Assembly (NCBI GenBank): GCA_017608235.1
Contig: JAFCGI010000002.1
Span: forward strand, 44,425 to 108,424
Direction: 5' to 3'
From: Candidatus Pacearchaeota archaeon
Lineage (GTDB): Archaea > Nanobdellota > Nanobdellia > UBA10117 > JAFCGI01
DNA: 64,000 bases
Both the position numbers and the translations under genes were made by a program. This document shows positions 34,920 through 43,133 of the stretch, piece after piece. Numbering within the stretch: position 1 is the stretch's first letter; each line of letters begins with the position of its first letter. The notes beneath the pieces are model-generated. The model did not search any database. It saw only the letters and a program-made list of their open reading frames with translations, and had not been told where the DNA came from.

Positions 34920-36245
34920 ATGATTAAAATAAGAGCTATTGGTGGATATGAAGAAGTAGGTAGAAACATGACTTATATAGAATCTGATGATGAAGGAATT
35001 ATCATTGATATGGGCCTTTATTTAGATAGATATCTTGCTGTCATAGATAAAAAAGAACATCCTACAGAAAATGAATTAATAGATGAAGGTGGAATACCAA
35101 ATGACAGAGTTCTAGCAGAAACAAAAAAGAATGTAAAAGCAATAATCCTAGGTCATGGTCATCTCGACCATATAGGTGCAGTAAGATGGTTAGCCTCAAA
35201 ATATAGCTGTCCAATAATAGGATCTCCATATACACTAGAGGTACTAGAACAAATTGCTAAAGACAATAAATTTAAAATAAAAAACAAATTAGTAAGATTA
35301 AATCCAAATTCTATCTATCAACTAACAGACAACATAAAAATAGAATTTATTAATGTCACACATTCTATCCCCCAAACAGTAATAGTAAATGTTCAAACTC
35401 CATATGGAAGTATAGTCTATGCTTCTGATTACAAATTTGATAATAATCCAATCCTTGGAAAGAAAACAAACAAAAAAAGACTAAAACAATTAGCTCAAGA
35501 AAATATAGTTGGTTTAATCATAGACAGCACAAGAGCTGAAGAGGAAAAGAAAACATTCTCTGAAGCAGTAGCAAAAGATATGCTTAGAGATGTCTTACTA
35601 GGCACAGAAAACAAAGGGCATGGTATTATATTCAGTACTTTTTCTTCACATCTAGCAAGATTAAAAAGCGTTATCGACATAGGAGAAGAACTAAATAGAA
35701 AAGTAGTATTTCTTGGTAGATCACTAAACAAGTATATCACTGCTGGAGAAAACCTAGACCTAATTAACTTCTCAGAAAGAGCAGAAATAATTGGATTTGC
35801 TAGCAAAGCAAGAAAAAGACTCAGAGAAATAAATAAAGAGCGAGAAAAATATCTAATTGCAGTAACCGGAAACCAAGGAGAACCAAATGCTATGCTTCCA
35901 AGACTTGCAAGAGATGAACTCCCATTCACTATCTTGCCAGGAGACTTTATTATATTTTCATGTAACACAATCCCTACTCCAGAAATACAAGCTAACAGAA
36001 GACTCCTTGAGAAAAAACTAAAAAACAAAAAAGCTAGAATTTTTAAAGATATTCATGTCTCAGGACATGGAGCTAGAGAAGATCACCGCGACCTAATAAA
36101 AATGATAGCTCCTAAACATATAATTCCTGCTCATGGAGATATGCAAAAACTAAGTGCACTAGCAGAACTCGCTACAGAAATTGGATTCAAACTTGGAGAA
36201 ACAGTACACATTCTACAAAACGGACAAGAAATCAATCTAGAATAA
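34920..36245 (+). CDS. rnj: Ribonuclease J (archaeal beta-CASP metallo-beta-lactamase)
   Basis: GHGHLDHIGA motif, beta-CASP insert, C-terminal HVSGHGAREDH and PAHGD motifs; 441 aa. Confidence 0.85.
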   Translation: MIKIRAIGGYEEVGRNMTYIESDDEGIIIDMGLYLDRYLAVIDKKEHPTENELIDEGGIPNDRVLAETKKNVKAIILGHGHLDHIGAVRWLASKYSCPIIGSPYTLEVLEQIAKDNKFKIKNKLVRLNPNSIYQLTDNIKIEFINVTHSIPQTVIVNVQTPYGSIVYASDYKFDNNPILGKKTNKKRLKQLAQENIVGLIIDSTRAEEEKKTFSEAVAKDMLRDVLLGTENKGHGIIFSTFSSHLARLKSVIDIGEELNRKVVFLGRSLNKYITAGENLDLINFSERAEIIGFASKARKRLREINKEREKYLIAVTGNQGEPNAMLPRLARDELPFTILPGDFIIFSCNTIPTPEIQANRRLLEKKLKNKKARIFKDIHVSGHGAREDHRDLIKMIAPKHIIPAHGDMQKLSALAELATEIGFKLGETVHILQNGQEINLE

Positions 36246-36310
36246 TTCTCCAGAATAAAATAATCAAAATAAAAGATAAAAACAAAATAACTAAAAACAA
36301 AAAAATTTCT

Positions 36311-36799
36311 TTATTTATTAGCCCATGCAATTCCAAATGCACCAAGTATATAAACTATAAAAGTCTCTATTGCCCAAATCATTAATAATGCTGTTGGCAC
36401 TGCTAATAGTAAATACATAGTAAAATACATTGGCACAGCACTAATAAAGAACAATAAAAGTCCATACTCTAATCCCTTCCTAGCCATCTTACCTGGAACA
36501 CTAGATCTAATTACTGTATATATTACAGAAAATAATACACCAATAATTAATGCAAAAGCTATTGATGCAAAAAAGAATTCTGCTCCAGGTGAACCTGCAT
36601 TAGGCATCATCAATTCACTCCACAAAGAAAAGTATTTTGGATCTGTATAAAAACTCATAGTCATCTGTGATGAAATACTATGCACTATTTGAGATATCAC
36701 TGCAAAAATAATACCTCCTAAAAGTGCTTTCCATGGGTTAAACATTCCCTTCTTTCCTTTAACTTTCTTTGTAGTTTTAACTTTTTTTCTTGCTGGCAT
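36311..36799 (-). CDS. Membrane protein with a lysine-rich N-terminal leader
   Basis: MPARKKVKTTKKVKGKKG leader followed by 4 hydrophobic segments. Confidence 0.45.
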   Translation of the reverse strand: MPARKKVKTTKKVKGKKGMFNPWKALLGGIIFAVISQIVHSISSQMTMSFYTDPKYFSLWSELMMPNAGSPGAEFFFASIAFALIIGVLFSVIYTVIRSSVPGKMARKGLEYGLLLFFISAVPMYFTMYLLLAVPTALLMIWAIETFIVYILGAFGIAWANK

Positions 36800-37020
36800 C
36801 GTCTACACTCCTAATAAGTAATTAAAATACTTATTTCCATATTTATAATCTTTTATTCACTTTAAACTATATACTATACTACCACAAAAATAAACCTCTT
36901 AAAGATAGAATTACTATAAAAAACCTAAAAAACATAAAAAACCTAAAAAACCTAAAAATATAAAAATATAAAAACATGTTCACAATAAGCAAACCAATCT
37001 AATAATATAATTTTAAGAAT

Positions 37021-37695
37021 TTAATCAAGCAACAATCTAACACCTTCCCTAACAATCTTTCCAGATTTAATATCTTGTTTTTTCTTCAGAAGATCTCCAA
37101 GAATAATCACACTCTTTGTACTTGCTTTCACACTTAGAACTTTAGAAAACGCTACTAAATCTTTAGGTTTTCTTAAACCATAAGAATCCTTGGCCATGCT
37201 AGTAATCATAATAGGAACTTTATATTTCTGCATAATTCTAATATTTTGCATAACTCTTCCAAGAAGCTTAGCTCGCTTATCATTTTCATACTTTAAAATT
37301 CTTGCAAAATTTATAGCATACACTTGCTTATTTTTGAAAGCATTCTTAGCTATAACTTGATTCACACCACTTCTTCTATAATGAGTATGATCTCTACCTG
37401 TTACAGTAGCTAAATCCAAGAATATGTCTATTTCTTTAGAAGAAACAATAGCATCATTCACATCTTCAGCACCATTGCTCTTCACAACAACCAAATCATG
37501 TTTCTTAACTTTCCTAAGAACTTTCAAATCTGAAGGCTTTTTAACATCCAAAAACAGAGCCCTATTTTCAACTTTCTCAGCTTCTTTAGAAAAATAACTA
37601 TCTTTACCAAACATCCAAACTATATCTTTCCAGCCTAGTTCTTTAGCTCTCTTAGCTATGCTTGCCTGAGATGCATAAAACACTAAATCTATCAT
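37021..37695 (-). CDS. rnp3: RNase P protein component 3 (Rpp30)
   Basis: The C-terminal half (..DKRAKLLGRVMQNIRIMQKYKVPIMITSMAKDSYGLRKPKDLVAF..) parallels P. horikoshii Rpp30 (..[44 protein letters not shown]..) as I recall it. Confidence 0.7.
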   Translation of the reverse strand: MIDLVFYASQASIAKRAKELGWKDIVWMFGKDSYFSKEAEKVENRALFLDVKKPSDLKVLRKVKKHDLVVVKSNGAEDVNDAIVSSKEIDIFLDLATVTGRDHTHYRRSGVNQVIAKNAFKNKQVYAINFARILKYENDKRAKLLGRVMQNIRIMQKYKVPIMITSMAKDSYGLRKPKDLVAFSKVLSVKASTKSVIILGDLLKKKQDIKSGKIVREGVRLLLD

Positions 37696-37734
37696 ATTAA
37701 AATAAAGAAAAAGGTTTCTTTAAAATCTTACTAT

Positions 37735-38334
37735 CTAGTTAGCTTTTCTACCCTTAGCTCTTACTGACGGACGACTCTTGCTAGCTCTCTCACCCTTAAC
37801 TCTTAAGCCCCTAGATTTCCTTCCAGCGGAAGTTAATCCTCTATGAACTCTTCCTTTATGAGTTCTCTTTGAAATCCACTTAATATCCTTGCTCTTCTTA
37901 ATCACAGGATGGCTCTTATCCACTAAAATAACTTCAAACCATTTATGTTTTCCATCTTCACCAACCCAATAAGAATTCAAAACTTCCAAATTAGGATATT
38001 TCCTAGACACCTTCTCTTCAGCAATCATCTGACCAGACTTTCCTGGAGTAAAACCAGTTCTTCCATATCTCTTAGGACGTCTTCCACCAGCCATAGCTGG
38101 CCTTTTAGTTGTACCTTTAGTAACTCTAGATCTAACCATCACATAACCTTGCTTTGCTTTGTATCCAAGGCTTCTAGCTCTATCTAATCTTGTAGGTCTT
38201 TCTATTTTTAGAATAGCTGGTTCTCTTCTAAAAGAAGCTAACCTATCTCTCCAGGCTGTCTCCCCAAGTAATTCATTAATATTTTTCTTAGGTTTCTTCC
38301 AAATTTCTCTTATATGTTGATATAATCCCTTCAT
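37735..38334 (-). CDS. rpl15e: Ribosomal protein L15e
   Basis: [17 protein letters not shown]-terminus; a basic 199-aa protein; GAGGTGA lies 4 nt before the ATG. Confidence 0.9.
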   Translation of the reverse strand: MKGLYQHIREIWKKPKKNINELLGETAWRDRLASFRREPAILKIERPTRLDRARSLGYKAKQGYVMVRSRVTKGTTKRPAMAGGRRPKRYGRTGFTPGKSGQMIAEEKVSRKYPNLEVLNSYWVGEDGKHKWFEVILVDKSHPVIKKSKDIKWISKRTHKGRVHRGLTSAGRKSRGLRVKGERASKSRPSVRAKGRKAN

Positions 38335-38571
38335 ATTATCACCTCTGATTCAGGCTCCCTAGGGTTGGGAGTTATCCACATCTCAGATAATCAAAATCCA
38401 GAAATCTGCTATTATAAATGTTTCTATACTCATTCATTGTTACCTTAGCAGAGGTTTCTGATTAATTTTCTATTGTGTATTATGCATACTTACCCAAAAC
38501 GAAAGATTTAAATAGTATAATGACTATGTATTCATAACTAAAATAAGCCTATAAGGCACGGAGGAATTAAA

Positions 38572-38874
38572 ATGCCACGAGGAGATGGAACAGGCCCTGC
38601 AGGACAGGGAAGCATGACTGGAAGAGGAATGGGTTATTGTGCAGGTTTTAATGCACCCGGATTTATGAACTCTGGATTCGGAAGAGGTTTAGGCATGGGA
38701 AGAGGCAGAGGATTTGGATGGAGAGCAAGAGTTGTTCACGCTATGCCAATACAACAAGTCAAACCTGCAGTTATAACAGAAAAACAAGAAAAACAATTTT
38801 TAGAGCAAGAACTAAGTGCTTTAAAAGAAGAAATGAAAGAAATAGAGAAAAGACTAAAAGAACTAAAGGATTAA
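38572..38874 (+). CDS. DUF5320-family protein
   Basis: The MPRGDGTGPAGQGSMTGRGMGYCAG N-terminus is typical of DUF5320; Gly/Arg-rich middle and a coiled-coil C-terminus. Confidence 0.7.
   Translation: MPRGDGTGPAGQGSMTGRGMGYCAGFNAPGFMNSGFGRGLGMGRGRGFGWRARVVHAMPIQQVKPAVITEKQEKQFLEQELSALKEEMKEIEKRLKELKD
38680..38717 (+). repeat. 38-nt perfect repeat, copy 1 (in the DUF5320 gene)
   Basis: GGAAGAGGTTTAGGCATGGGAAGAGGCAGAGGATTTGG, identical to 39182-39219; it encodes GRGLGMGRGRGFG in both genes. Confidence 0.9.
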
Positions 38875-38881
38875 TTGAACA

Positions 38882-39370
38882 ATGGTAAGACCAAGAAAAG
38901 TAAGAAGAATCTTTTTTCAGCCAGATGTAACTTATTTCAAGCCAGCAGGCATTCCTATGGTTAATCTAAAGGAAACTGTATTGAGCTTTGATGAATTAGA
39001 AGCAATAAGACTAATAGATTCTAAAGGAATGGAACAAAACAATGTTGCTAAAAAAATGAAGATAAGTCAATCTACATTATCAAGATTACTTAGAATAGGA
39101 AGAAAAAAATTAGCTGATGCTATAACTACTGGTCAAGCAATTAAAATTCAAGGAGGTAACTTTAAAATGGCTGTGCCAAGAGGAAGAGGTTTAGGCATGG
39201 GAAGAGGCAGAGGATTTGGTGGCGGAGGTAGAATGGGTGGTCCAGTAGCAGCAGGTCCAGGAGGAGTTTGTAAATGCCCTAAGTGTGGATATGAAGAGCC
39301 TCAAATAAGAGGTCACCCCTGCATGAATAAAAAATGTCCTAAATGCCAAACTCAAATGACAAGAAAATAA
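38882..39370 (+). CDS. DUF134 (UPF0251) putative DNA-binding protein with a Gly/Arg-rich, zinc-ribbon C-terminus
   Basis: MVRPRKVRRIFFQPDVTYFKPAGIPM N-terminus with an HTH (..QNNVAKKMKISQSTLSRLLRIGRKKLA..), then GRGLGMGRGRGFGGGG and CKCPKCG...CPKC. Confidence 0.7.
   Translation: MVRPRKVRRIFFQPDVTYFKPAGIPMVNLKETVLSFDELEAIRLIDSKGMEQNNVAKKMKISQSTLSRLLRIGRKKLADAITTGQAIKIQGGNFKMAVPRGRGLGMGRGRGFGGGGRMGGPVAAGPGGVCKCPKCGYEEPQIRGHPCMNKKCPKCQTQMTRK
39182..39219 (+). repeat. 38-nt perfect repeat, copy 2 (in the DUF134 gene)
   Basis: Identical to 38680-38717. Confidence 0.9.
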
Positions 39371-39397
39371 AATTAAAATAAATTGTAAGGAAGAAAA

Positions 39398-39562
39398 ATA
39401 GTAAAAATAGGTCAGGAGAAATGTTTAGGTTGTGGAGCATGTGTTTCTGCATGTGAAAAAGGGTTTGAAATAAAAAATGGAAAAGCTGAAATTAGGGATT
39501 CAAAAGCTTCTTGTTTAAAAGAAGGTGTTGAGGCTTGTCCCGTTGATGTAATCAGTATTTGA
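39398..39562 (+). CDS. Small 4Fe-4S ferredoxin-like protein, start codon uncertain
   Basis: My translation of the frame open from 39389 is (GRK)IVKIGQEKCLGCGACVSACEKGFEIKNGKAEIRDSKASCLKEGVEACPVDVISI*. It has a CxxCxxCxxxC cluster plus C...CP. There is no ATG, GTG or TTG; the only candidate start is the ATA at 39398. Confidence 0.4.
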   Translation: MVKIGQEKCLGCGACVSACEKGFEIKNGKAEIRDSKASCLKEGVEACPVDVISI

Positions 39563-39575
39563 CTATAAATAAAAA

Positions 39576-39911
39576 ATGTCAACAGTAGAAATAACAACCA
39601 AGAATTTTGAAAAAGAAGTTTTAAATTCAGAGATTCCTGTTTTAGTAGATTTTTGGGCTCCTTGGTGTCAACCTTGCTTAATAATGAGCCCAATTTTAGA
39701 TGAATTATCTAAAGAATTGAAAGATAAATTAAGAATAGGGAAGATAAATGTAGATGAATCTGAAAATCAAACATTAGCTAGACAATATCAAATACAAAGC
39801 ATACCAAACATGAAATTGTTTAAAGATGGAAAAATCACTAAAGAATTTATTGGATTACACCCAAAAGAAGCATTAAAAGAAGAACTTAAAGAAGAAATTA
39901 ATCTAGATTAA
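39576..39911 (+). CDS. trxA: Thioredoxin
   Basis: VLVDFWAPWCQPC active site (WCxPC); 111 aa. Confidence 0.85.
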   Translation: MSTVEITTKNFEKEVLNSEIPVLVDFWAPWCQPCLIMSPILDELSKELKDKLRIGKINVDESENQTLARQYQIQSIPNMKLFKDGKITKEFIGLHPKEALKEELKEEINLD

Positions 39912-39919
39912 TAACAATA

Positions 39920-40258
39920 ATGAAATTACTTATAGCTATAGATGAAGATAAAGGAGAAAACTCTAAACTTAGTGAGCACTTTGGGCATTGCCCCTATTTT
40001 GCTATATATAAATCAAACACAAAAGAACTATCAATTATAGAGAATAAATTAGAACATACAAATCCTAATTTATCTCCTGTAGACCAAATTATGAAGTTTG
40101 AGCCAGATATTGTTTTTTCTTTAGGAATGGGGCAGAGGGCGATAAAACTATTTAATAAAAAAGGAGTAAAACTTAAAACAGGCAATTATAAAATTGTAAA
40201 AGAGGTTATTGATAATATTGATAACCTTAAAGAATTAAATGAAGAATGTGATCATTAA
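39920..40258 (+). CDS. NifX/NifB-type 'dinitrogenase iron-molybdenum cofactor' domain protein
   Basis: SEHFGHCPYFAIY... matches the hFGra.yF.i signature of the family; 112 aa. Confidence 0.65.
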   Translation: MKLLIAIDEDKGENSKLSEHFGHCPYFAIYKSNTKELSIIENKLEHTNPNLSPVDQIMKFEPDIVFSLGMGQRAIKLFNKKGVKLKTGNYKIVKEVIDNIDNLKELNEECDH

Positions 40259-40679
40259 AATGCAAAAATTAAAAGAGGCAACTCTTAAAGCAGGAAAAGG
40301 TTTATGGAAAACTTTTCCTATGATATTAGGAACAATATTACTTATTAGTTTAATTACAACTCTAATCCCAAAATCATTTTACACTTCTATATTTCAGAAT
40401 AATATTTTTATAGATTCATTTATAGGAAGTTTAGTTGGGAGTATATCTGCTGGAAATCCTGTAACAAGTTATATTTTTGGAGGCGAACTTTTAGCTCAAG
40501 GTGTTAGTCTATTTGCTGTTACTGCTTTTTTAGTTGCATGGGTTACTGTTGGACTAATACAATTACCTGCAGAATCTGCGATTTTAGGTAAAAAATTTGC
40601 TCTTCTAAGAAACATTACTGCATTTATTTTAGCAATTATCGTAGCAATAATCACAATACTAATTTTAGGAGTATTTTAA
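40239..40679 (+). CDS. Permease half (split two-component permease, subunit 1)
   Basis: 146 aa with 4 hydrophobic segments. It abuts a second membrane ORF, an arrangement like the two-gene permeases often found beside redox-active disulfide proteins. Confidence 0.45.
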   Translation: MKNVIIKMQKLKEATLKAGKGLWKTFPMILGTILLISLITTLIPKSFYTSIFQNNIFIDSFIGSLVGSISAGNPVTSYIFGGELLAQGVSLFAVTAFLVAWVTVGLIQLPAESAILGKKFALLRNITAFILAIIVAIITILILGVF

Positions 40680-40680
40680 T

Positions 40681-41193
40681 ATGAATATAAGAAACAAGTT
40701 AAAACAAATTTCAGGATCTTGGCATTTCTTAATAATTATCTTATTAGTTTATCTCGGATTATATATTTTTAGAAAAGATATATTTTCTTCAAGTATAATA
40801 TTCTTTTATAATATTCTTTTAAAAATAATCCCTATATTTATTCTTGTTTTTGTTTTAATGAGTTTAACTAATTATTTTATAACACCAAAATTTGTAATGA
40901 AGCATTTAGAAGAGAAAGGAGTTAAAAAATGGTTTTTCATTATTATTGGAGGAATTTTATCTACAGGACCAATTTATATGTGGTATCCTCTTTTAGCAGA
41001 CTTAAAAAATAAAGGTTTAAGTTATGGGCTAATTGCATGTTTCTTGTATAATAGAGCAATTAAAATTCCTTTATTGCCAATTGCTATTTTTTATTTTGGA
41101 TGGGAATACATTTTAGTTTTATCTTTTGTTATGATTTTTATATCTATGGTTCAAGGTATATTAATAAATAAATTAATGGATGTTAAAAAATGA
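40681..41193 (+). CDS. Permease half (subunit 2)
   Basis: 170 aa with 5 hydrophobic segments. It starts 2 nt after subunit 1 and overlaps the next gene by 4 nt. Confidence 0.45.
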   Translation: MNIRNKLKQISGSWHFLIIILLVYLGLYIFRKDIFSSSIIFFYNILLKIIPIFILVFVLMSLTNYFITPKFVMKHLEEKGVKKWFFIIIGGILSTGPIYMWYPLLADLKNKGLSYGLIACFLYNRAIKIPLLPIAIFYFGWEYILVLSFVMIFISMVQGILINKLMDVKK

Positions 41194-41492
41194 AAGTTGC
41201 CATAGCATCAGAAGGAAAAGACGAAAATTCAGAAGTAAGTCAAAGAGGTGGAAGGGCTCCTTATTACCTTATTTTTGAGGACAGAAAATTAATAGAATCA
41301 ATAAAAAATCCTTTTGCAACAGGTTCTGGCGGAGCAGGTTTTTCTGTAGCATATATGTTAGCTGACAAAAAAGTTAATTTAGTAATTGCAGGAAAATTTG
41401 GTGGGAATATGGAATCTGCTTTAAAAGAGAAAGGAATTAAATTTAAGGAAGAAAGCAGAAAAAAGGTAAAGGACATTATTAAAGAGATTTAA
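41190..41492 (+). CDS. NifX/NifB-type cofactor-binding domain protein (second copy)
   Basis: MKVAIASEG...GGRAPYYLIFED...AGKFGGNMESALKEKGI; its 3' end overlaps the transposase gene by 14 nt. Confidence 0.65.
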   Translation: MKVAIASEGKDENSEVSQRGGRAPYYLIFEDRKLIESIKNPFATGSGGAGFSVAYMLADKKVNLVIAGKFGGNMESALKEKGIKFKEESRKKVKDIIKEI

Positions 41493-42414
41493 TTCTACTC
41501 AATTGAATTAACTCTAACCATTTATTATTAGAATTTAATTTTAAATTAGGACAAGCCAATTCATATGGAGCTCTGTTTAGAGCTTGGTGCTTCCTAATAA
41601 AATTATAATAAATTTCTAATCCTCTCATTATCGCATTAGCACTTTCCACACTTCCATAAAAACCTCTCATTGTTTTTGTTCTTCCTCTTATTGAATTATG
41701 TAACCTTTCAATCATAATGTTAAAACCTTCTCCTTTAGAGGCATTAACAACATTATGTTCAACCATGTATTTTCCTAACTTGTTGTTATAACCCCAACTT
41801 TTCTTAACAATATTTCCATAAGCAAGAAGTCCGTCTGTTGTGCAGATTTTAACTTGTTCTCCTGTTTTATCTTTAGCTTTCTTAATAACGAGCTTTAATT
41901 CATTCTTCCCTCTTGCTTTTGTATATTCAGAAGAAACTATGAATCTTGGTTTACAATCAACAGCATCAATAAACCAATTTTTATCAACTCCTTTTTTATT
42001 GTGATATTTTCTTCTATGATATTCCATCTCGTCAACTTATAGTTCTTTTCCAACTTGAAGTTTAAGATCATCTGTAAATTTTGAAATTATTTTTGAATAT
42101 TTAATAATCCATTTGTAGATAGATTTATGAGAAGAATTCTCTGGATAAAATGCTTGAAAATGTTCTTGCACTTTTCTAGTTGAAACTCCTCGATAAAATA
42201 GATCTAAAGCACAAGTTATTTTATTTGGATGATTTCTCATTCTGAAAAAGCCACCGTCATTAGTAAATCTATATTCACAATCTTTACATTTGTATCTTTG
42301 AATTAATCCTCTATTCTGTGTTTTTCTTCTTCCATTCTTTTTGATATTCTTACTTTTACAACTAGGACAGCAAAGTTTTTTATACTTCTTTTCTTTTATA
42401 TTGTTAGGTTTCAT
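41479..42414 (-). pseudogene. IS transposase gene (DDE, IS6/IS240-like with an N-terminal zinc finger) interrupted by one in-frame TAA
   Basis: The two track ORFs (42037-42414 and 41479-42027) are in the same frame, separated only by TAA + GTT GAC GAG: ..LQVGKEL*VDEMEYHRRK... Zn finger CCPSCKS...CKDCEY; DDE-type motifs ..TTDGLLAYGN.. and ERLHNSIRGRTKTMRGF...YYNFIRKHQAL. Confidence 0.7.
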
Positions 42415-42441
42415 TTTATCTTGACGGATTTGATGGAATCT

Positions 42442-42459
42442 GGGGCTCTTCGGAGCCTC
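42442..42459. other. GC-rich 7-bp hairpin with a TTCG/CGAA tetraloop, upstream of the transposase start
   Basis: GGGGCTC-TTCG-GAGCCTC (one G:T pair) stands out in AT-rich flanks. Confidence 0.5.
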
Positions 42460-42592
42460 CCTTATTTACTTAACTAATTAATAATTATATAAGTAAGTTA
42501 AACTTAAAAAATGTTTCGGTAGTAAATTAATAACTAGGTAGTTAATACTTATTAAAGTAAAATTTATAAAGAATAAAATTCTAAAAGATTAT

Positions 42593-42736
42593 ATGGCTGA
42601 GATAAAAATACAGGTAAAGGGATATAAATGCGAACGTTGTGGACATGAATGGATACCAAGGAAAAAGGAATATCCCATCTTATGCCCTAAATGTAAATCT
42701 GCTTATTGGGATAAACCCAAGAAAAAGAGGAATTAA
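42593..42736 (+). CDS. 47-aa zinc-ribbon protein (below the track cutoff)
   Basis: My translation is MAEIKIQVKGYKCERCGHEWIPRKKEYPILCPKCKSAYWDKPKKKRN, with CxxC-x14-CxxC. Confidence 0.4.
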   Translation: MAEIKIQVKGYKCERCGHEWIPRKKEYPILCPKCKSAYWDKPKKKRN

Positions 42737-42864
42737 TTTTTTATCTTTCTTAGCGCCCTTTAAGGTAACAATGAACTATACTCACAAAATTTAAAAACAA
42801 ACAAAACGAAAGCCTTTTATTTATTTACCATCGTAGAATCATAAACTTATCGGAGGTTATATAC

Positions 42865-43131
42865 ATGGCAGCAAGAAAAAAAACAAAAAAGAAAACAGCA
42901 AAAAAAGTAGAAGATGATGATTTAGATTTTGAAGATGATGAAGATGAAGGCTTCACAAAAGATAAAATAATGAAATACTTCAAAGGTGTAATCGGACTGT
43001 TAGTATGTTTAATCGGTCTTTATGGCACAATAATCTTCTGGAATCCTTTTATGCAATTATTAAAAGGTATGATAGGTCCATTCATAATATTAATAGGACT
43101 AATAATTCTATTAATAGCTTGGACAGATTAA
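42865..43131 (+). CDS. Small membrane protein with a lysine-rich then acidic N-terminal leader
   Basis: MAARKKTKKKTAKKVEDDDLDFEDDEDEG followed by two hydrophobic segments; GGAGGT lies 8 nt before the ATG. Confidence 0.45.
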   Translation: MAARKKTKKKTAKKVEDDDLDFEDDEDEGFTKDKIMKYFKGVIGLLVCLIGLYGTIIFWNPFMQLLKGMIGPFIILIGLIILLIAWTD

Positions 43132-43133
43132 TT

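Noticed and set aside
35495-36028. 177-aa antisense ORF inside the RNase J gene. Comparable antisense ORFs lie at 1195-1602, 3695-3925, 17005-17679, 26249-27597, 28335-28984, 30169-30405, 30737-30955, 32016-32270, 32829-33113 and 55243-55635.
   Set aside because: Each is fully embedded in a gene with clear family motifs on the other strand. An AT-rich genome with few antisense stop codons produces long spurious frames.
36900-36990. A low-complexity AAAAACCTAAAAAAC/ATAAAAAT run downstream of the rnp3 stop (shared 3' spacer with the convergent 36311-36799 gene), considered as a possible repeat element.
   Set aside because: The short units are imperfect and poly-A-rich, typical of AT-rich intergenic DNA, with no defined period.
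38335-38400. A CTCCC-N7-GGGAG hairpin (38352-38368) in the rpl15e 5' leader as a possible regulatory structure.
   Set aside because: It is only a 5-bp stem. I have no evidence of conservation and know of no L15e operator, so it is too weak to report as a feature.
39412-39693. 93-aa minus-strand ORF in the track.
   Set aside because: It overlaps the plus-strand ferredoxin-like frame (clear CxxCxxCxxxC) and the 5' end of the thioredoxin gene, and it has no recognisable features.
42037-42039. Whether the in-frame TAA in the transposase indicates a recoded genetic code (TAA as sense).
   Set aside because: TAA terminates most well-supported genes in the window at positions matching homologue lengths (for example pheS, rpl15e, eno, tfb and the L40e neighbours). 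Recoding across the whole genome is therefore not tenable.
41440-42560. Terminal inverted repeats delimiting the IS element.
   Set aside because: I compared both flanks by eye and found only weak AT-rich similarities (for example ATTTAATTCTACT versus ATTAATTTACTAC) that chance could explain. The element boundaries are therefore left undefined.
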